Assembly: GCA_977862235.1 (NCBI GenBank)
Contig: OZ374557.1
Span: forward strand, 3,162,001 to 3,226,000
DNA: 64,000 bases
Direction of reading: 5' to 3'
Origin: Dudresnaya verticillata
Taxonomy: Eukaryota
In this document: in pieces, positions 1-12,160 of the stretch
How positions within the stretch are numbered: position 1 is the stretch's first letter
How the letters are laid out: every line of letters starts with the position of its first letter
The notes under the pieces: generated by a model
The model's database searches: none
What the model saw: only the letters and a program-made list of their open reading frames with translations
Told to the model about the DNA's origin: nothing
Translations under genes and position numbers: made by a program

Positions 1-1361
1 TCAGCCAGGAGAACTGCTCCAGTAACATGAAGGGAACCGGGTTCAAAACGCGTTTTCATATTCACTTTCACACCTTTCCAGTCAACAAGAATCGCGGTCC
101 CGATATCCAAATATTCTCCCTTCACCCTAACCCTTCCAAGACTGTTCTTCGGCCATGACACAGGACGGCAAAGGAGGCTGTCCTTGCTTGGATTTTCGTC
201 GTCTGCACTCCACGTCCCAGAAAAATAGGTGAGATCGTGTCCCTCCATTATGGAGCAGAACTGAAGTGATGTATTTCCGGAAGGAACAGGTCGGCCCAGG
301 ACGTGTGTTTCGAACAGGTCAACTTTTCCAGTCCCAAGCTTCCTTACTCGCAAATTGTCTTGGAAAATATCGCAAGTTGCAGTTGGCTTCTCAGGGCAGT
401 TCCGAGGACAAACTGAGCAGCCTTCTCTATCGTATCCAGAGAGCGCAATGTCCCTTAAAATCTTACCCACTGCGATATGTCTTGGATTCTTCTGCAGAAG
501 AATTGAGAGGAGAGCGTAGTGAACATCTCGTCCATTTCTGCTCACCTTGCTGATCTGTAACGTCACAGAGTGAGAACCGTTAACTTGAAATGGGCGACCA
601 TTCAAGCCCTCCCTCAGCGTGGACCGTGCGAAGGACACTTTTCCCCCACGAACACCGTTCGGGACAATGCTGTTATACTTAATTCCAGAAGTCCTTTGTC
701 CGTCATCTTTCATTTTCTTCTTTGCCGCTTCAAACACGGCAGATACAGCCTGGTTGAGGATTGTTTTCGGTATGAGATCGAAACTGTCGACGTCAGTACT
801 CCGCTGCCGAGAACGACAACCAGCTGCGCTAAGCATCAGAGAAAGGCATCTTGCTGCGTCCTCATCCCGAATGTGGAACGTTGAAGAATTTAGACTGGAC
901 AGCTTTTCGATCGGGTTGCACTCGGCCTATTTCGTTTCCCATGGTTGCGTCACCGACCCGGATTATACCCGGTTGATCGGTACTAGTTCCATCACGAATG
1001 GATGGAATAGCCCGATCTGCGATATTGCCTTGAACAGCGCTTCTTCTCACGCCAGGAAGAATATTTCGGGTCTCGGTAAGAGACGCACGCGTCCGAAGTT
1101 GGTTTTCGACCACGTTCGGGCCCCAAAGTACGACGATGTTTTGGCTGTCCCGGCTTTGGTTGTTTTCCTTACCGTATGACTTTGCACTGAGGAGCAGTGA
1201 TATTTTCCAGCTCGCGGATCAGTGTTAATGACGTCTTGAACGAACTGTGCGTTGTGGCGCATATTTTCCAAAGCAGACTTCACCAAACTGCGTTCTCTGC
1301 ATTGTACGGACCCGTATATCGTGTCCAGACAGCGCTCAAGACTGTTGTTAGTGCGAAGCAT
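1..1361 (-). pseudogene. Degenerate or partial ORF of unknown function running off the left edge
   Basis: One minus-strand frame is open from ~926 to the window edge (~308 codons; not in the ORF track because it has no stop). The same frame extends up to 1361 through three stops (1047, 963, 927). No recognisable domain. Confidence 0.45.
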
Positions 1362-1482
1362 AGTGAGGATGACAGTTATTCGTAGTTGCCGTCGGTAGGA
1401 GAAGGATGGACATGAAAGGGACAGAGATATTTGAGATCGGGTACTAATTGTTTCAAGTAGGAGAGGGGTGCATCCAATGACC

Positions 1483-1598
1483 AGAGGTACACTTTGACAT
1501 GTAAAAGTGTACCTCTCTACCCGGTGTACCCCGTCTCTGCCAATGAAAATCGTGAACGGGGTAGAGAGGTACGTTTTTCATGCTCAAAATGCACCTCT
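1483..1598. repeat. Pair of related short palindromes (possible MITE-like remnant)
   Basis: AGAGGTACACTTT-gacatgta-AAAGTGTACCTCT at 1483-1516, with a degenerate copy at ~1565-1598. Confidence 0.6.
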
Positions 1599-1902
1599 GC
1601 TGTTATTATAAATGTGCATTGCCGATGAGTAGTTTGGCTGTCCTGATTAACGAAGTACTCGTCCCCGTAACAGCTGTTTGTACTGAGACCGGCTTGTAGC
1701 TTGCATCTCCGTTCGAGTCGGAACGATAGAATGCACCACGGGACTCTTCAATACTACCGAAGGATGGTCCCTTTTAGTTGTAGGACGCACGCGTCGTACT
1801 AAGCTAGTTTCGAATATGAATAAGTGCTTGGTACAGTAACAAAGGTTGTGTTTACTTGTTCGATACTCTTTGCCGTTCATGAATGCCTTTAAGTACAAGG
1901 CA

Positions 1903-1961
1903 AAACTATTTTTTAGTTTACTAGCCTTACAAGGCAAGGCTAGTAAACTAAAAAATAGTTT
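1903..1961. repeat. Perfect 26-bp inverted repeat with 7-nt loop
   Basis: aaactattttttagtttactagcctt (1903-1928), loop acaaggc, then the exact reverse complement (1936-1961). Confidence 0.9.
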
Positions 1962-3505
1962 ACTGGGCAAAGGAGGGGTGCCACGAAGAAGATAACTCTA
2001 AACTATGCAATATGTCTATGTCTCTAAACATTCTCCTCGATCTTGAAGTCGGCTGTGCCTGTTTCGCGTGGGTAGCCTTCAACAGTGAATCGTACATGCG
2101 TCATCGGTTCTGAACGTCTCGTTTACAGTGGCCTTTTTGCTATTTTCAAAGCGCTGTACTGGAGAACGGCAACGGCAGTCAGTATGGCTCTCGTAATGCC
2201 GCGGTGGGCCCTCTCAGGCCTCTCGGTTCTACCGCCGCGTTACAATTACCGCAATTACTCGCCGTGGCGTAACGCGTAACGCTCCTGCGCTCACCGTCGC
2301 CGCAGACGTTCCACAGCCACCCACGTGTTCCGCCAACTCCACACACGCGCTCCTTCCACTCCTACACTAGCACGGTACACCGTAGACCCCATCTACCCCT
2401 AAAACGCCCGCCCAAATGTACCCCTACTATTTCCCACGTTCCATCGTCTCAACATATGAAACTACAGAGGCGGCAGAAGCCGGTGATTATCGCGGCAGCC
2501 CCAATTTATTGCCGCCTTAATTTTCAAACAGCGCACTGGGACCCCGACGCTGCCTCCGAGAAGGCAAGGCCCAATTCCACTAAATTTGTGTCAATCATTT
2601 AGTATGCGCCGTGTCTAGCACGTGGCTAGCACCACCGTCGCTGCAACCGTCGCGCTGACCCCCTCTGTCCGCCGGCCGCCCAACAGGCTGCTGCCAAGGG
2701 AGCGTTCCATCAGAGTTGGAACCGCTTGACAGTGCAAGGTACTACTGTGATAGAAGGGGGTCACGGTCACGCTTGTACAGTAAAATTGACATATGCACTG
2801 CCATCTACAGCCGCAGGGCGTGTGTGCTACAGCGGCACGACCGCGGCTGCTGCAGCGCTGCAGCCAGCGCATTGCAGTGCATTGCAGCGCGGCCGTAACG
2901 GCAGTATTCCGCGCAGCGCAAAAGCGCAGACGGGCCTCGTGAGCCGTTCGAATTTCACTCGCATTCCCTCATCACCCCTCAACGGCAAGATAACTCTACA
3001 GAGTCTGCTTTGCCCTTCTCGTTTCCTGTTATCAGCTACTCTCTGAACAACATATTTCTGCCTCACACACTATGCCACTTCCCCCGCATCTCTTTCAATT
3101 CCTACCCATTTCTCGAGTGCAATCTGGGACACTTCCACCAACCACCGCGTGCACAGTTCTCGGAAACCTGTGCACATTGCTCAAAACCTAAGCAACGTTC
3201 GCCAATCCATCAACCATAAGGCCCTCTCACTGCGGTTTCTTCTGGTGGGACGTTTCTGTCTTCAGCCCTTTCGTCCGTGCAGTCTTTTTGTCTGTAGCTC
3301 CCATCATCGGATTGAACGGGCTTGACCGGCTACAGCCTGGGACTTCCAACTTTAGCTGGAACCTGGGAATTTTTCAACCTTTGCTACCATACACGGAACT
3401 ACAACTACCGTAGGATTCATCCCTACCCGCTAGGACAGTTCTGTCTTACTCTTCTTTTTCGGTGACCAAAAGCTGCTTGCAGGCTTCCATCCCTTTAAGC
3501 TAGAG

Positions 3506-4810
3506 ATGTCTCGGAACTCTTCAATCATGCGCATGAGCAAGACAATGTCTTCCATCGGCAAGCCGCAAGATCCTTTGAAGAAGATTAAAATTTATGTAAG
3601 AGGTTCTTATCTACACTGGATGAAAGAACTTAACAAGACCGGCTTCCATGGGTTTCTGTGGTCCGACTTTGAGCACTTTATGAGAGCTTCTGGAGACACA
3701 GACGAGCCGCATGCCAATACCACCGGGGTTTTGTCCAAGGATTGGAACATAGAAGACCAAGAGGTTACTTTGCAGAAGGTATACAGTCCTTTGGACCATT
3801 CGCCTGGTGCTGGGTGGTTCACGATGGAGTCGTTTTTTGATAGCGCGTGTGACATTACTCTCGTCATGGCTACAGTTACGGAGGTTATGAAGGTTTGCCT
3901 TTGTTCTCAGTTGTTCTCGTCAACCACGCAGTTCTTGTTCGCTTCAAAGGGCAGCTTTGCGAACACGTACTATATTGATGAAGGAAACACGCCACTTTAT
4001 CGCTGCTTTCTGTATCTGGGTGGAGAGGTTGTGCCTCCGCAGCACGTGCTGGAACAGATAGGCTGGAATCGACAGTACGCAGCCATTACTCCAGCCAATC
4101 TGTCTCATGTTGTCCCGGTGACTCAGCGACAGCGACCGGTTCGGAAGGCTCTGCTTCCGTTGGCTTACTACTCAGAGGGAGAACGCACGAAGCGGATGCA
4201 TCCTGGGGACATTTTGGTCCTCAAAGGCGTGCCTTTTGCTGTAGATCTACCTATGGCAACGCGAGTCAAAGGTGCCCGAATGCTCACATGGGGGCTGTTC
4301 GACCGCATTGGTTTACAGTCGGCTGCCGTTGAGCGTTCAGGGAAAAGGTTTGTCGTCCTCCCCAAAGTCCCGGATACCATTCATCCTGTGAAAGATCTTT
4401 CGGTGGAGTACCCAGAAGCGAAGATCCTGTACAGGAAAAATATGAGGGTTCTGAAGTACAGGGACCTCGACAACCCATCTCTGGACTCTCTCGAAGATAG
4501 CCGTGTATTCCCATCGCTGTACACTCCAAAGGAAATAAGAGAGGTTCTTTGTGGAGATGATGATGTGTTTGAGGTTCACAGTGCTGCATTTTGGGATGAT
4601 GAAATGAACGATTCCGATGAGGACGGCCGTGCTTCTGAGACCCCGAAGCTCAACATATCCGAGGACGCCCCAATCGTGGTCCCCCAGACAACGACGAGGC
4701 CCCGCCTAGACGCAAAAGGGCAAACAAGGCTCCTCGTCGCTCTATTCTCGACGCCGGCAAAAAATAAGAAACCAACGGATTGTAGAAAGTGCCTTGGTAC
4801 GATCAGCTAG
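3506..4810 (+). CDS. Hypothetical protein, 434 aa (probable transposon accessory gene)
   Basis: Long ATG-initiated ORF with globular composition and an acidic C-terminal patch. Contains one copy of the element palindrome (4206-4221). Confidence 0.65.
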   Translation: MSRNSSIMRMSKTMSSIGKPQDPLKKIKIYVRGSYLHWMKELNKTGFHGFLWSDFEHFMRASGDTDEPHANTTGVLSKDWNIEDQEVTLQKVYSPLDHSPGAGWFTMESFFDSACDITLVMATVTEVMKVCLCSQLFSSTTQFLFASKGSFANTYYIDEGNTPLYRCFLYLGGEVVPPQHVLEQIGWNRQYAAITPANLSHVVPVTQRQRPVRKALLPLAYYSEGERTKRMHPGDILVLKGVPFAVDLPMATRVKGARMLTWGLFDRIGLQSAAVERSGKRFVVLPKVPDTIHPVKDLSVEYPEAKILYRKNMRVLKYRDLDNPSLDSLEDSRVFPSLYTPKEIREVLCGDDDVFEVHSAAFWDDEMNDSDEDGRASETPKLNISEDAPIVVPQTTTRPRLDAKGQTRLLVALFSTPAKNKKPTDCRKCLGTIS

Positions 4811-4924
4811 GTAGTAAATGTGGATACCTGCTATCGCTCTCTGGCAGCGCTGCGCAGTATTAATCTCTGTCTTTCAATCTTTGCAACTTTTTCTGCATGG
4901 ATGCAGCTGTATTCTAGACGTGCA

Positions 4925-5520
4925 CTTCAGCACTCCGGGACATGTCCAGGGCACTCCGGGACATGTCCAGGGCATGCCTGGATGATGCGAACGCGATGAG
5001 GACACAAATGTCCCACATCGAGATTGAGACATAAATGTCCCACATCGAGAATGTCCCAGAAAGTTGTAATCATGATACATATAGATTGTCGCCATATGGC
5101 GACAATCGATATGAATGTACTGGGGGAGACAGAAGTGTCATGGGCATGCCCGGGGGCGCGGATGCCAACTCGACTGGGACATAAATGTCCTAGGAACTTC
5201 AAAAAAACGATATGCACCGTCGCCATCATGGCGCATGATGCTGCTGCTGGTGGAAAGAAATGTGTCATGGGCAAGCCCGCGGGCATGCCCATGACAAATC
5301 GGATTTCCGCGGATTCCGCGGATAACGCAAACTCGATTGGGACATAAAAGTCCCAGAAAGTTGAAAACACTGTATACAGCGTTTGTCGACAATCGGCGAT
5401 CACCATGTGGGGGCAGAAAGAACTGTCTCAGGCGTGCATGGATGATTCAAACTCGATTGGGACATAAATGTCCTAGAACGTTTAAACCACGATATGCATC
5501 GATTGTCGCCATGGCGCTTG
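4925..5520. repeat. Degenerate repeat array carrying GGGACA-N4-TGTCCC sites
   Basis: 21-bp tandem (gcactccgggacatgtccagg x2), a 27-bp tandem, then alternating ~120/160-bp units each beginning aactcgaYtgggacataaa. Motif copies at 4999, 5026, 5176, 5339, 5459. Confidence 0.8.
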
Positions 5521-5580
5521 ACGCTGATGCTGGTCTTGTTCAGTTCAACGTTTATATACGATCAGATTACAGCTCTAGCA

Positions 5581-7637
5581 TTATCGTAGTTTCTCAGCGA
5601 AATCTCTCTGTAACTTTTCAAGCTGCTCTCTTGTCATGCCGTCAAGGGAAATACTGCTCGAGAGCACGGTATTCCTACGAGATCTAGACTTCAGAGCCTG
5701 GAGTTCCTGCTTGGCTTTCGCAAGCTCTTCTTTCATTTTCGACATCTCAGAATTGGCCTTCCCTTTCATCTCTTCCAACCTTTCCTGAACGTTTGCATTC
5801 ATTGCATCCTCAGGAATTGCAACGGTCTGCGCAGTAGGGGCAATCTGGTTGTTCTTTCGCAACTCTTCCAATTCGCGCTGAAGCCTCAAAATAGTTGCCT
5901 CGCGGAGATCCGTCGTCACTTGAAATGTGTCCGGTACATTTTTTTCTGAGGTGACTTCGGGACATTTATGTCCCCAACTTCCTTGCTCGACAAAATTGGT
6001 GGCCCAGTTGCGAGTAAATCCGCCTCACCTGGGACATTTCTGTCCTCGACGTTCTCACTACCGGTGGGAATGACCTTTTCGTCTCCATCCACTTCTATTC
6101 TTCTGCCATCTTCCGTCTTAATGTACGACTTCTTGAGCTCCTTGCGAGTCACTGCCGGAATCCATTCAAGAGCATATGGAATCGTGAGGTCGAAGTTTTC
6201 AATGTAGTTCGTCGGCTGATCTGTTTCATCCCCAGACTTCTTCTCTGGTACGACAGTGGTTGTCTCGAGACCACCAGCGGGAGCAACCTATTCCACAGCT
6301 CCACCTGAAGGTGCAGCGGTTACGCAATCATCATCTTGGCCTGTTATTTCCTGTTCCCTGTCTTTTCCTTCCAGCTCTGCATTGCTGTACTCCGAATCAG
6401 ATTCTGTCGTCGCTGCGTCTTTCCTCTTCCGGCCAGGCACACGGTTCGAACCTGCATTTCTTCGCACCGCTCTCTTCTTCCGTGATACAGCTGGGCCCTC
6501 CGCGTAAGAGATATCAGTGTTGCTTGCACGCAGGTTCGTAGTTCCTGGAGCGAACCCGTGCTTTTGCATGTAGGATGCATCGAAAACGTCCCCATCGGAC
6601 CCAGCCTTAACCGCATTGGAGAAAACGGGCTCCACCAAGGCACCATTAGACTCCATTCCAGTTTTCTTCTCCAACCCAATAGCGCACTGCTGGATAATGT
6701 ACTGGAGGTGAGATGTAGGTACCTGTCCTGCCATAATTAGCGCCGTGCTTGTAAAGGACGGCATTTTCTTACACTGCTCCCAATACATGAGAGTATCTAG
6801 AATGGAATTTCTGCCTCCAAGTTCCGGTAATGGATGGGACATTTCTGTCTCAATGAGGTAGTAATCCCCAGCCACCCTACGGTTGTTGTGGCGAGAACAC
6901 TTCTGGTCCAGCAAAAAGTGCTGCGAACCTCCGACGAAATCTGGCGACCCTTGCAGCCGCTTCTTTAATGAATCAGTACCCCCGTACTTCGGTAGGATCT
7001 TGGCTACCTTCCGCTTGATACTTGGGTCAGTCTCGATGAGCGTACGGACCAGGGCAACTTGCTGCAACCTTGTGTACTCTGTCGAGGACTCCACCTGTGT
7101 GTTCGCCACAATTAACAGTGTTTTGAGAACAATTAGCACGCGTTTCATGAACATATCATGAGTGACGGCAGCATATTCAGCGGGCGTTCCTTGCTTCTTG
7201 ACGGCGTGATAAAGAAGTCGAAACTCTTCTTCTGTGATCACCCGAGCATGTGTTAGGGGAAAAACAGTGTCCCTCACGCATGCAGTTCGATGCTTTCGGC
7301 CAGCCACACAAGATGGGACATAAATGTCCTGTACATCCAGTTCGAATATGGGCGCAGTGACGGTAAGGGGCTGCTGCCGCCTGAAGCCTTCATAATACAT
7401 TCCTTCTCCCATATGGAGTACCTCGATCATGTCTACAGCTCGAGAAGCTGCGTCGAAGCCGGGAATGTGCTCTATGAGTCTTGTGGCAATCGGCACTGGA
7501 TTGCGGAGATCTACTCGATACATTATCTTCCGAGCAGTTCCAATTAGGGAAAGGTTCATGGCAGCAAGATTGAAAAGGAACTCTTGGTCGGTGAAACTTC
7601 GCGGCGGGGCACGGCTTGGTCGCGGCTTGTTCACCAT
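5581..7637 (-). pseudogene. ~680-codon gene of unknown function with basic (NLS-like) patch and C-terminal coiled coil, disrupted
   Basis: ORF 6288-7844 (likely ATG at 7637, MVNKPRP) reads through an in-frame TAG at 6288 into ORF 5916-6152 (same frame). It then shifts frame at an A-run near 5940 into ORF 5581-5919 (LRLQRELEELRK...KMKEELAKAKQELQAL). Confidence 0.6.
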
Positions 7638-8441
7638 CTTGGCTTGAAAAGATGGGTAGACGTCGGCGTGAAGTCGAAGGCCGGTGTGTCGGCCAATGTT
7701 GAAGGAAGTGCGCCGCACTGTGTGTTGGTGTGTGCGCCGCGCTGTGTGATGGTGTGTACACACCACGTGTGCCGCGGGGCGCGCGCTGTGTGTTGGAGTT
7801 TGTGCCGCGCTGTGTTGGTGTTGTGTGTGCAGCGATGATAACACTGGAGGTGAGTGCGTTGTGCTGGAACGTCGCGCCGCGGAAATTCCTGTCGTTAACT
7901 AGACTTCCAATGACGTAGATTGTCGCCTGGGACATTTCGGTCCCACCGTAAGCTTCTCAATTTAGCGGCTATTTCCAGTCAAACGATTGGTGTATACATG
8001 CCCCTAAATCACTTTGGCGGGCCGCTTTACAGAAGGCGCAAGACTGATTCGTCGGGCCCGAGACAGCGATGAGCAATGCCCCTCGACGATCGTCGAGCCG
8101 CCCGCGGGCGGCTCACACGGCCGTTACGGTACACGCGTGTATCGTAATCGCGCGCGCGCGGAATTGTTCATCGCAACGCAAATTCTTCGATGCGTCGAGC
8201 TACAACTATTCCACGCATCATTACATCCAGACGTCTGGCGCACGCCAACTGTTGACCCTACCCCTCCAGAGCTAGCAGCAGAGCATCCGTCTCACCCAGA
8301 ACACTCTCGCCTGTTCCGAGCGCTGCACCCAACAAATCAACTATGCCGGACAACGCTGAGGAAGAGGCCTATGGTGACCCGTGGCTCTCCATCCTGCGGA
8401 CCGAGGCGTTTGCAGAATAACGCGGCCCTGCTGACATTGAG
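7638..8441. promoter_or_regulatory. Putative bidirectional promoter region
   Basis: Lies between divergent ATGs (7637 minus, 8442 plus). GC-rich, with GT-rich ~24-bp tandem repeats at ~7707-7830 and a palindrome copy at 7929. Confidence 0.35.
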
Positions 8442-10061
8442 ATGCCGTCCATCGAGAAAGAACTGCCCTGGGGACGCCAACCCGCCGAGGATGTCGAGCA
8501 GAACAAGGACGACCGCATCGTCGAGCCGCTGACCAGAAAAGACCGCAAGTTCCTTCGTACACATACGGAGCCGTTTACAAGTCATGGGCAGGTTTTGGAT
8601 CATAAGAGCCTCGATGGCCTTCGCGGGAAGGAAGCGTATCTTGACGACCAAGTCATGGACTTGTTCGGGATTCTCCTCAGCCACCGCAGTAAGGAACGCT
8701 CCGACTCCATAAGAATTGGATTGAAGACCGTCGTTTACTCCGTTTTCTTCATGGACGCTCTGCTGCAAAAGGGTAGGACTGTATTCAACTACAGTGCCGT
8801 ACAGAACTGGCTCGGCAAGTCGGAGTGGCCTCGTGAGGACATTAATGTCCTCATGTGCCCAATCAACTTGGACTGGCGTGGCGTTCGAGCCCCGCAGCAT
8901 TGGGCATTGTTGGCCGTGAACTTTCAAGAGGGCATGTTCCTCGTCTACGACAGCCTTAATATGGGGACATCTAATCTCGTCTTGGCACAACTCTTCCGAT
9001 TTTTTAAGATGTACCTCCAAGAAGCGGTGGGAGATTTGCACAACGGAATGGGGGACTGGCCGGTAGTTGAAGCTCACGGTCATGGATACCCAGTTCAAAT
9101 GGATTCCGAATCTTGCGGTTTGTATGTTTTGTGGGTAATGGAACACATGGAGAGGGGTTTTATCCCCTGTTTCGCGCATCAGGACATTCGAGTTTTACGG
9201 AAGAGAATCGAGCTATTTGTGCGAGGCAGACAAATTATCCTGCTCGATTTTGTGGGGTCCGCCTGGGCTACGGAGAAGTTGCCCGCTACGAAGAAGCTGG
9301 CCGCCGCTGCGGCTACCAACGACTGTGCAGCTTCCGCCTCCAAATCGAGAAAGGTAGATGAACAAGATCTGGAAGAAATTGTCGCCGTTGTCGCAACTGC
9401 AGTGATTCCTGCTGGGACAGAAATGTCCCCCCGTCAACAAGATTCGGAGAGAGTGGGGGCTGTTGCATCAGTTTTGGTTGAAACGCAGTCTAGACTGCGT
9501 AAATCAGCTGCTTTTGTGCTCCCGGATTCTACACCGACTGTAACACACCCGCCCGGAAAGGAGGTATCAAGTAATGGTGCTTCTGTTGTGGAAAGCAGGG
9601 CTGGTAAGGAGAACCGTATCGAGTACAGGGATGCTGTCGGTGGACAGTCAGCCGTCAAGAGGGGTGAAGCTGGTGGGACCTTTGCTACCGAGCAGAACAG
9701 AAACGATTCCCGGAAAGGGACTGAGTCAAAGAAGCGTGCTGACTTGGGTAGCCGCAGGGAGAGTGAGAACGGTACAGATTTATCATCGCATTCCACCGTG
9801 GAGAGGTGCATGGATGACCTCGATAATATCATTTCTAGTGTACCACTGGGTGACGGAGATAATACTACGGTTTATGCCAAAGACGCGTCTTCCTGCGGGA
9901 TACCCGGATTGCAAGCGCCAGGTTTATCTCTCGAGACAGTAATGTCCCAAGAGTGCAAGGAGAAAGCACATACGCCACCGGCAGCTGCTGAGGTTCTAGA
10001 GGCAGGAAAACGTGTGGGGGGGAAGGTGGTGAGGATGGTACGGATATCAAGAAGAACGTGA
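8442..10061 (+). CDS. Ulp1-like SUMO protease (peptidase C48) with low-complexity C-terminal extension
   Basis: Motifs YLDDQVMD, PINL...QHWALL, VYDSL and PVQMDSESCGLYVL give an intact His-Asp-Cys triad plus the oxyanion Gln. It probably continued past a frameshift at the G-run ~10016-10022 into ORF 10058-10333. Confidence 0.88.
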   Translation: MPSIEKELPWGRQPAEDVEQNKDDRIVEPLTRKDRKFLRTHTEPFTSHGQVLDHKSLDGLRGKEAYLDDQVMDLFGILLSHRSKERSDSIRIGLKTVVYSVFFMDALLQKGRTVFNYSAVQNWLGKSEWPREDINVLMCPINLDWRGVRAPQHWALLAVNFQEGMFLVYDSLNMGTSNLVLAQLFRFFKMYLQEAVGDLHNGMGDWPVVEAHGHGYPVQMDSESCGLYVLWVMEHMERGFIPCFAHQDIRVLRKRIELFVRGRQIILLDFVGSAWATEKLPATKKLAAAAATNDCAASASKSRKVDEQDLEEIVAVVATAVIPAGTEMSPRQQDSERVGAVASVLVETQSRLRKSAAFVLPDSTPTVTHPPGKEVSSNGASVVESRAGKENRIEYRDAVGGQSAVKRGEAGGTFATEQNRNDSRKGTESKKRADLGSRRESENGTDLSSHSTVERCMDDLDNIISSVPLGDGDNTTVYAKDASSCGIPGLQAPGLSLETVMSQECKEKAHTPPAAAEVLEAGKRVGGKVVRMVRISRRT

Positions 10062-10911
10062 AGAATCCAGGTGGAGGGACACCGCTTCACCTCGTGCTGG
10101 ATGAATTTGGTGAACAGTTGGATGAGGTGTGGAAGGAGTACATGGCCCTGGTAGAGCCCGCGCGCGTGGCCGCGGCCACGAATTCTGACTGCGGAACGGC
10201 TCAGACCTCTCAAGTTAATCAGAGCGGTTCGGAGTCGGTACGCGCGGGACCCGGTGGAACTAACGGTGCTAACGCGGAGAAAGGAAATGAGGGGGGAGGG
10301 GAAGGTCGCTCGCCACGTCTAGTACAGAAATAGGAGGCCGAACATGAACCGGAGAGTGCACAGCATGCTGAACCAGCCGTTCAGGCGGATCAGCCTCGCG
10401 AGGCGCGCCGCAACCCGAGGCGAGAGAGGAAGAGGCCACGACGATTTGTGAATTGAGAGTGGACCCATGGGTCCCCGCACGTACTTCGTACGAATTCTGG
10501 GGATTAAATGCTTCCTCGTTCGGGATTTGTGGGAGGGCTACTGGTCTTGGGCAGAGCTCCGACATAGCATAATGGAGCGAAGACATTTCTGTCCAACCTT
10601 TTAGAGAATAAATCTTCGGGCTCACATGACAGCTAGCTGTGTGTCACAACAGAAAGTGTAATGGCTCTTTTCCCGAAGTCGACTTGGCGATCGCGACTGC
10701 CGCGAAAATTGTACTTGTATACTGAAGTACCTGGTTTAAAGAGTGGCGCATTCTTCGGGTCAACACTCTTTTATAAATTGGGACTTGTTCATTTCTAAAT
10801 ACCAGGTTGAAGTCGACTTCCATGATCATGGATTCATGTTAGCCTAGGCTGCAGCTGAAGAGACACGTGCACGTGCACTCAGGCCTGCGTCTATGACCGG
10901 ATGCATCCACT

Positions 10912-10965
10912 CGCGAGCTCGACAGACAGCTCACCACATGTGGTGAGCTGTCTGTCGAGCTCGCG
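10912..10965. repeat. Perfect 54-bp palindrome with no spacer
   Basis: cgcgagctcgacagacagctcaccaca|tgtggtgagctgtctgtcgagctcgcg. Confidence 0.95.
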
Positions 10966-11267
10966 CGTTCATGGTGATCAACACAATTGAGGGCATTTAA
11001 GGGCGCACTTGGGACATTTATGTCCCGGAACAGTTCTGACGGAAAGATATATCCTTTTTTCACCTCATATGACGTGCCTCAATATGCAATCTCTGTTGCA
11101 TATTGTGCAAGCAATTGATTGAGTGTTACACTTAAATGATCTTCGGAAACGTAATGTTACTCTATTCATCGTACGATAGACGTCTATACAAAGTAACGTT
11201 GTACGCATTGCAATTGTGAGTTAATACTATAAATCTATAAATCTCTACTAGAATTGACAATTGACTA

Positions 11268-11361
11268 GTCATATGCTTGTGCAGTAGGCGATGAAATATG
11301 GCTACAGCCGCGTCATATGCTTGTACAGTACAGGCAGCGATGAAATAAGGCTACAGCCGCG
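11268..11361. repeat. Imperfect 2x tandem repeat (~44-49 bp)
   Basis: gtcatatgcttgtRcagta...gcgatgaaataWggctacagccgc occurs twice. Confidence 0.8.
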
Positions 11362-11964
11362 GATACTACACTATGTTTATAGATGATGCATCATATGTGT
11401 GCACATCTCCATAGAGATGTGTATACATAGATGGTGCATATGATATCATGAGCATATAGTGATGATTATTTCATCTTTCTACACATTAATATAGGACCTG
11501 TATATGCAGGTGATATCATGTGACAGGTACTGTCTGCAGACATGTAGATATGCATATCATGCCCGTCATGAATCACGTAAACATGTGTAAGTGATCCATG
11601 ACGCTCGAGCGTACACATATGTACCGAATATTATGTTCAACGGAATATGCAAACTTTGCATCAAAACTTGAAGGTACACAGCAGACATGGCTGTGTGAGT
11701 CTCGACCCACCGCGGCGAAATCATATCGCTGTAGGTATATTGTGTACATCTACAAACACAGTTTCTTGAAATCATGTATTCATGATTTCACCTCACCACT
11801 TGGTGAGGATTATGCCGAATGGGAGACATTTGTGTCTCACAAACACATGAATCGAGAGTGACCCCTTCGCTAGAGACATATACCACATGGTCTATTGACC
11901 TTTTAAGAATAATTCATGAGTAAAGCGCATTCCCATACATACACATGAGACCACATATACACCC

Positions 11965-12100
11965 AGGTGACTCTTATCATATGTGGAACACATTTCTGTC
12001 CCATACTCAGAGTCAATTGACCCCTTTCATCTGTGGAAGACATTTATGTCCCATATTCCATTACCCCTTTCATATATTGAAGACCTTTCGGTCCCATCCG
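11965..12100. repeat. Three ~43-50-bp degenerate units, each with a palindrome copy
   Basis: Motif copies at 11987, 12037 and 12080, each preceded by ...tcat(a/c)t(g/a)t(g/t)gaa. Confidence 0.7.
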
Positions 12101-12160
12101 TGAGAACATTCTGTTTGGATAACTGCGGGATGCAGACACATATGTGCACACAAATTTATT

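Noticed and set aside
619..1179. Plus-strand 186-aa ORF
   Set aside because: Probably an antisense shadow of the longer minus-strand frame.
4925..5520. CRISPR-like array
   Set aside because: Spacing is irregular, spacers are homologous to each other, the context is eukaryotic, and there are no cas genes.
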